Assembly: GCA_965207885.1 (NCBI GenBank)
Contig: OZ242311.1
Span: 3,584,001-3,648,000, forward strand
Origin: Candidatus Latescibacterota bacterium
Lineage (GTDB): Bacteria > Latescibacterota > UBA2968
Direction of reading: 5' to 3'
Length of the DNA: 64,000 nt
The notes beneath the pieces are model-generated. The model did not search any database and had not been told where the DNA came from. It saw only the letters and a list, made by a program, of their open reading frames with translations. Every line of letters starts with the position of its first letter. Positions within the stretch are counted from its first letter, which is position 1. Both the position numbers and the translations under genes were made by a program. Shown here in pieces: positions 59,449 through 64,000 of this stretch.

Positions 59449-62448
59449 ATGAATACACTCAATAAGAATAGTCGCGTACCAGCACTGGTGATCGCGGTGA
59501 TGTTTATTGCGGGGGCAGTGGTAATTGGCTGTAAGGATCAAACAAATGTCGATCAAATTGTGTTCAAAGGTGGCGTTGCTATAACCGACACCAGCAAAGT
59601 GTCGGGCACGATTTCGTGGCGCATGCGCGATGGGCGCATGTGGTGGCATGGTAGCGACGGGCTTTATTTGCAAGATGGAGATACGTGGCAAAAATTCACA
59701 TTGCCAGAAGGTGGTTCATTGAATTACATCAGTGCCTTTATGCAAGCACGCAATGGCTCAGCGTGGTTTGCTGGCTCGTATAAAGGTCGCCCGATTATCG
59801 CGAACTTTATTGAAAAAACGTGGCGGATATGGGATAATAAAACGGGATTGGGAGAACACGGAGTTGGATTTAAATTTGCCGAAGACCTGAACGGCGGTAT
59901 ATGGATTCGCACGAGCAATAAAGATATTACAGCACGCGGTGGCGCTGATCGCGTCAAGGGTGGAAACGGGGTTTTGCACTTTGATGGCAAAACATGGCAC
60001 AACTATACCGTGGAAGATGGACTGATTCACAACCGGATTTACGATGTGGAAGCCGATCCCAATGGCGGGATGTGGATCGCGACCCTTCGCGGATTGAGCC
60101 ATTACAAAGATGGAAAATGGACGTCTCACCTTGTCGATAATATTCCCGTTGAAGAGATACGCAGCGCCCATGTTTACGAGGGCCGCAAAACCTATGAGCT
60201 ATTTTACGATCGAGAAGGCACACTTTGGGCCTTACATGGATCACATCGCGGGCGCACCATAACGCGGAGCAGAGGCGGGATTTCCAGTTTTGATGGTACA
60301 ACCTGGACATACCAGGATGCACACGCGGGATTGCCTATTCGCGCGTCTCGAAACATCTGGCAAACAGAAAACGGCGATTTGTGGTTTGGTACGAATCCAG
60401 ATGACGGTAACGTGGTGGAAGCCAGAGGTTTAGTGCGATATAAAGATGGAATGTGGTTGCGATTTACGCGCAGACATGGCATCCCCGGCGATTATGTACG
60501 AAGTCTGAAAGAAAAAGAGGATGGCTCTTTTTCTTTAGATATGTCTGGTACCGCATCATACAGACTACCAATTGATAGTCTGATAACGATTTCAGGCAAG
60601 GTTATAGGTCAGCGCAACGATCAACCCGTAGCAAATATGGGAATATGGGTTGAGTACAACGATGGCGAGGTACATGCAGGAACTCTGACAGATGCAGATG
60701 GCCGCTATCGCGTTGAAGTCACACCAGGTTCATACCGGGTGCGGATCGCGTCTAAGAACGCGGCTGAATCCGTGACTGTTGACGCTGAATCTGATCGTGA
60801 AATTGACAATGTCGATCTGATCTTGCTCAACTCTCGCCGCGTATCAGGTTTCGTACGCGACACCTCTGATAATCCGATTGCCAATGCGATTGTGGTGATT
60901 TCCGATGATTCTTCAGGAGATCGACGGCTGTCTCCTCAGGTCGTGACCACAGATGTCGATGGAAAGTTTGAAGGCTGGCAGGTCGCTGGCCCACAAGCTA
61001 CTTTCGAGATTACCGCAGAAGGATATGCACAAACCGCGCTAACAGTTGAAAATGCAGCCACAGACCTGATAGCAATTGCCCTAAAAGAAGGAATAACCTT
61101 ACGCGGTCGCATTGTCGATGATTCTGACCAACCCGTTGCAGGGGCGCGCGTAGCCCAGGGACGACCCCCGGTTCCCGGTGCTAAATATACAGCAGCACCT
61201 CCCCTTCCCTTTCAACGCAATACCTATACCGAGGCGTCGGGTTTATTTACCCTTCAGAATATAGATGCGTTCAAAGGTCATATATGGGTAACCCATCCCG
61301 AGATTGAAATCACGAATCAAAAAATTGTACCTGTCGATAATACAATAAAACTCAAAATTGACGATGCGGGGCAGGCTGTGATGGACATAGATATCCCAGT
61401 GAAACGTATCCGTGTGTATTCTGTTTCAGGCGTGGTATCGCTAAATGAAGGTTCTGTAGAAGGGCTGGAAATCACGGCTTTTTCATTTAAAAGATCAAGT
61501 GGTCCTATTTATCCGGAAACGGACCATACAGATGCTAATGGTGCATATCGTTTAGACGATTTGGAGCCAGGGGAATATCACATTTCCGTGAGAGCGCCTG
61601 AAGAAATGGAAATAGACGGGCGCAAGATGACAATACATCGCCCAATTCAAGCTCAGACACTGGTAGTTGAAGATCGCGATGTGACGCTGAACTTTGAACC
61701 CCTGGGCGATACGCGAATCACAGGTGTTGTAACTTACAACGACCAGCCTATTTCAGATGTTTATGTAAGTACCCATATTGTAGCCGATAGCCCTGAGAAT
61801 TTTGTCGCACTAAGCGGTGCGAAAACGGATACAGACGGACGGTTTGAGTTGCGTGATCTACCTTCTGGGCGGATTGCCATTTCTCTTCACAAAATGGACA
61901 ACCCCGATTCTGGAGGAAAACGATGGAGCAAAGTCGATACTATTGATCTGACAAATAAGAAAGAATTGAGTTATATGGCGACATTGGAAATGGAGGAACG
62001 CCCGACTTTGAGCGTAGGAGATATAGCCCCTGAATTTGAGGCTAAGCGACTAAATGGTTCAACCTTCCGACTCGCAGATTATCGAGGCAAAAAAGCCGTG
62101 TTGATCGACTTTTGGGCAACGTGGTGTCCTCCGTGTATTGATGAAATTCCAATGATCAAAAGCATTTCCGAAACCTATCGAGATCAGGGCCTGGAAGTCG
62201 TAGGCGTGAGTTTGGACCGGGATGAGCAAGCACTGCGAGATTTTGTCAAAGAAAAAAAGCTGAGCTATGTGCAGGTATTTGACAAAGAAAAATCGCAGAC
62301 AATTGCAAAATCCTATGGTGTATGGGGCATCCCATCGGTATTTCTGGTAGATAAAAACGGCGTCATCAACGCGCTGAAGCTGCGTGGTGATCGCACAGAA
62401 GCGGCTGTGAAGGCATTATTGGACAATGGATCTATTTCAGCTAATTGA
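59449..62448 (+). CDS. Multidomain lipoprotein: beta-propeller, carboxypeptidase-regulatory-like repeats, TlpA thioredoxin
   Basis: Lipobox VIGC; W..YT.EDGL..N and MWIAT..GLS propeller repeats; G.V.D....P(I/V)A.A repeats; LIDFWATWCPPC. Confidence 0.8.
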   Translation: MNTLNKNSRVPALVIAVMFIAGAVVIGCKDQTNVDQIVFKGGVAITDTSKVSGTISWRMRDGRMWWHGSDGLYLQDGDTWQKFTLPEGGSLNYISAFMQARNGSAWFAGSYKGRPIIANFIEKTWRIWDNKTGLGEHGVGFKFAEDLNGGIWIRTSNKDITARGGADRVKGGNGVLHFDGKTWHNYTVEDGLIHNRIYDVEADPNGGMWIATLRGLSHYKDGKWTSHLVDNIPVEEIRSAHVYEGRKTYELFYDREGTLWALHGSHRGRTITRSRGGISSFDGTTWTYQDAHAGLPIRASRNIWQTENGDLWFGTNPDDGNVVEARGLVRYKDGMWLRFTRRHGIPGDYVRSLKEKEDGSFSLDMSGTASYRLPIDSLITISGKVIGQRNDQPVANMGIWVEYNDGEVHAGTLTDADGRYRVEVTPGSYRVRIASKNAAESVTVDAESDREIDNVDLILLNSRRVSGFVRDTSDNPIANAIVVISDDSSGDRRLSPQVVTTDVDGKFEGWQVAGPQATFEITAEGYAQTALTVENAATDLIAIALKEGITLRGRIVDDSDQPVAGARVAQGRPPVPGAKYTAAPPLPFQRNTYTEASGLFTLQNIDAFKGHIWVTHPEIEITNQKIVPVDNTIKLKIDDAGQAVMDIDIPVKRIRVYSVSGVVSLNEGSVEGLEITAFSFKRSSGPIYPETDHTDANGAYRLDDLEPGEYHISVRAPEEMEIDGRKMTIHRPIQAQTLVVEDRDVTLNFEPLGDTRITGVVTYNDQPISDVYVSTHIVADSPENFVALSGAKTDTDGRFELRDLPSGRIAISLHKMDNPDSGGKRWSKVDTIDLTNKKELSYMATLEMEERPTLSVGDIAPEFEAKRLNGSTFRLADYRGKKAVLIDFWATWCPPCIDEIPMIKSISETYRDQGLEVVGVSLDRDEQALRDFVKEKKLSYVQVFDKEKSQTIAKSYGVWGIPSVFLVDKNGVINALKLRGDRTEAAVKALLDNGSISAN

Positions 62449-62494
62449 TATCGCGCATGACTTTCTACTATATTGAGCTTCTGATATGCGTCCC

Positions 62495-62524
62495 AACCGC
62501 CCAGTAACAACGGGCGGTTTTTTT
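62495..62524 (+). terminator. Intrinsic terminator
   Basis: AACCGCCC/GGGCGGTT stem followed by a T-tract. Confidence 0.75.
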
Positions 62525-62550
62525 ATACCTGCTGAGCATTAAAAAATCAT

Positions 62551-62634
62551 TGCTAATTTTTTCGCTATTTGGGCTTGACAACGAATTTTTAATAGGATAT
62601 TTTTCCATAACTGATATGCTAATTATTTCGCATA
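62551..62634 (+). promoter_or_regulatory. blaI promoter with two candidate operator boxes
   Basis: TTGACA (62575)-17 nt-TATTTT, flanked by TGCTAATT(T/A)TTTCGC at 62551-62565 and 62617-62631. Confidence 0.6.
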
Positions 62635-62666
62635 GTATCATTCAAGTGAACAAAAAGGAGCTAAAA

Positions 62667-63050
62667 ATGGCAAGACTGCGACAAGAGGGATTGACCACTC
62701 GCGAAATGGAACTCATACAGGTACTCTGGCAACAGAAAGAAGCAACCGTCGAGATGATCCAGGCAAAATTGCCCAACCGATTAGAAGGATCAACCATTCG
62801 CACACTCCTGCAAATCATGGAAGACAAAGGCTATGTGACGCATGAAAAGCAAGGACGCGCCAATGTGTACCGCCCCATAATCGAACAACAGCGGGTTCAA
62901 TCCTCTGCAATGAAACACATCATTCAAAAACTATTTGGCGGATCAACCGAACTATTGTTGGTGCGGCTGGTTGAAGACGAAGAGATAGACATGGACGATG
63001 TGGCGCGATTGCGTGAAAAACTCAAGCAACGCAAAGGAGACACAGCATGA
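62667..63050 (+). CDS. BlaI/MecI/CopY family transcriptional repressor
   Basis: LTTREMELIQVLW, STIRTLLQIMEDKGYV, YRP and LFGGS motifs; AGGAG Shine-Dalgarno. Confidence 0.92.
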   Translation: MARLRQEGLTTREMELIQVLWQQKEATVEMIQAKLPNRLEGSTIRTLLQIMEDKGYVTHEKQGRANVYRPIIEQQRVQSSAMKHIIQKLFGGSTELLLVRLVEDEEIDMDDVARLREKLKQRKGDTA

Positions 63051-64000
63051 TCGGCACACCTGTATTGGAATCCATTGCCATCTTTCTCCTTGATGCGACT
63101 ATCAAGACCACCCTATTTATGGGCCTTGTTCTATTTGCCGTATGGCTCCTGGATACGCGACAGGCAACAAAGCGCAGTTTGCTTTTGAACTGGTGTCTTG
63201 TAGGCGTGCTGGTCATTCCCATCGCATCATTGTGTATGCCTTCACTGCGATTTCAATTTGATTCGCCACCATTCCCTTCCGAACCAGCAGTACCGCCCGC
63301 CGAACGTGTTGTTGCGCCCGATACACCTCTGACAAAATCCCCTCCTGTGTTGAAGCAACAAAAGGTATCTACCAAAGCTCTATCCCAGGACATTGAATTC
63401 TCTCAAGACTTCGCATCTCCCTCCCCTGCACAGATTGTTTTCGCCCAAAATGCCTCGACAAAATCAATTGATTGGACGACCTACATACTGAATAAAATCA
63501 CTTCGGCATATGCTTTGTATGGTGTAATGGCGATCTATGCTATTGGCTTATTAGTTTTATTGATTCGGGTAATCTATTGTCTGATAATGGTTTATAAATT
63601 CCGACAATCTTTAATGCCCTGTGAAGGCGAACAGCTTCAGAATAATTTACAGGTCTTAAAAAACCAATTAGGTATTCGGCGATCCGTCGCACTCGCCGTC
63701 AGTGACCAAATCGGCAGTCCAACTCAAGTAGGACTCCTGAAGCCAGTAGTCGTATTGCCCTCGCCTATGGTCGAATCGCGCGACCAGTTGGAATCGATTT
63801 TGATTCACGAACTCATTCATGTGAAGCGATGGGATTGTCTGTATCGTCTGCTGGCAATGGTGGGCCTGGCGTTTTACTGGTTCAATCCCCTATACCACCG
63901 CGTCAAACACTTGCTTTTTGAAGTTCAAGAACAAGCCTGTGATGATTGGACAGTGACCGCAACTGGCAATTCTGAAAGCTATGCGGATACGCTTCTCAAT
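63047..64000 (+). CDS. M56 family (BlaR1/MecR1-like) metallopeptidase (runs off the window)
   Basis: Not in the ORF track; ATGA overlap with blaI; in-frame SP..VGLLKPVVVLP, HELIHVKRWD, WFNP and EQACDD. Confidence 0.9.
   Translation, partial: MIGTPVLESIAIFLLDATIKTTLFMGLVLFAVWLLDTRQATKRSLLLNWCLVGVLVIPIASLCMPSLRFQFDSPPFPSEPAVPPAERVVAPDTPLTKSPPVLKQQKVSTKALSQDIEFSQDFASPSPAQIVFAQNASTKSIDWTTYILNKITSAYALYGVMAIYAIGLLVLLIRVIYCLIMVYKFRQSLMPCEGEQLQNNLQVLKNQLGIRRSVALAVSDQIGSPTQVGLLKPVVVLPSPMVESRDQLESILIHELIHVKRWDCLYRLLAMVGLAFYWFNPLYHRVKHLLFEVQEQACDDWTVTATGNSESYADTLLN

Noticed and set aside
1-64000. CRISPR array, rRNA, reverse transcriptase or known defence system
   Set aside because: No regularly spaced repeats, rRNA-like sequence or matching protein motifs were seen by eye.

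Overview
Gene-dense bacterial DNA. SprA, PorV-like and T9SS-CTD-like genes, a Bacteroidota-type bS22, DUF6785-like membrane proteins and sulfatases point to an FCB-group organism, possibly Latescibacterota/Gemmatimonadota-related (inference). The window holds housekeeping and metabolic genes (HU, bS22-like peptide, tRNA-Arg(CCG), obgE, sprA, lptFG, heme O synthase, a family-B DNA polymerase, blaI/M56). It also holds a tnpB-only IS200/IS605 element and two inverted 1197-bp IS4-family copies (32015-33211 and 46072-47268). The clearest result is that the 9-bp target-site duplications of these two copies are swapped, so the 12.9-kb segment between them is inverted, either by IS-IS recombination or by mis-assembly. 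Flipping it back and removing the IS rejoins a split GPH/MFS transporter gene. It also restores one co-oriented uptake cluster without a recognisable SusD: TonB-dependent receptor, CTD-type surface protein, PorV-like barrel, DUF6785-like membrane protein, Tat phosphotriesterase, Tat sulfatase, MFS, second DUF6785-like protein. Other signals are a ~100-nt rod-like candidate ncRNA between bS22 and the tRNA, REP-like hairpins upstream of tnpB and inside its predicted omegaRNA, and probable leaderless genes. All family calls come from motif recognition by eye; no searches were run.
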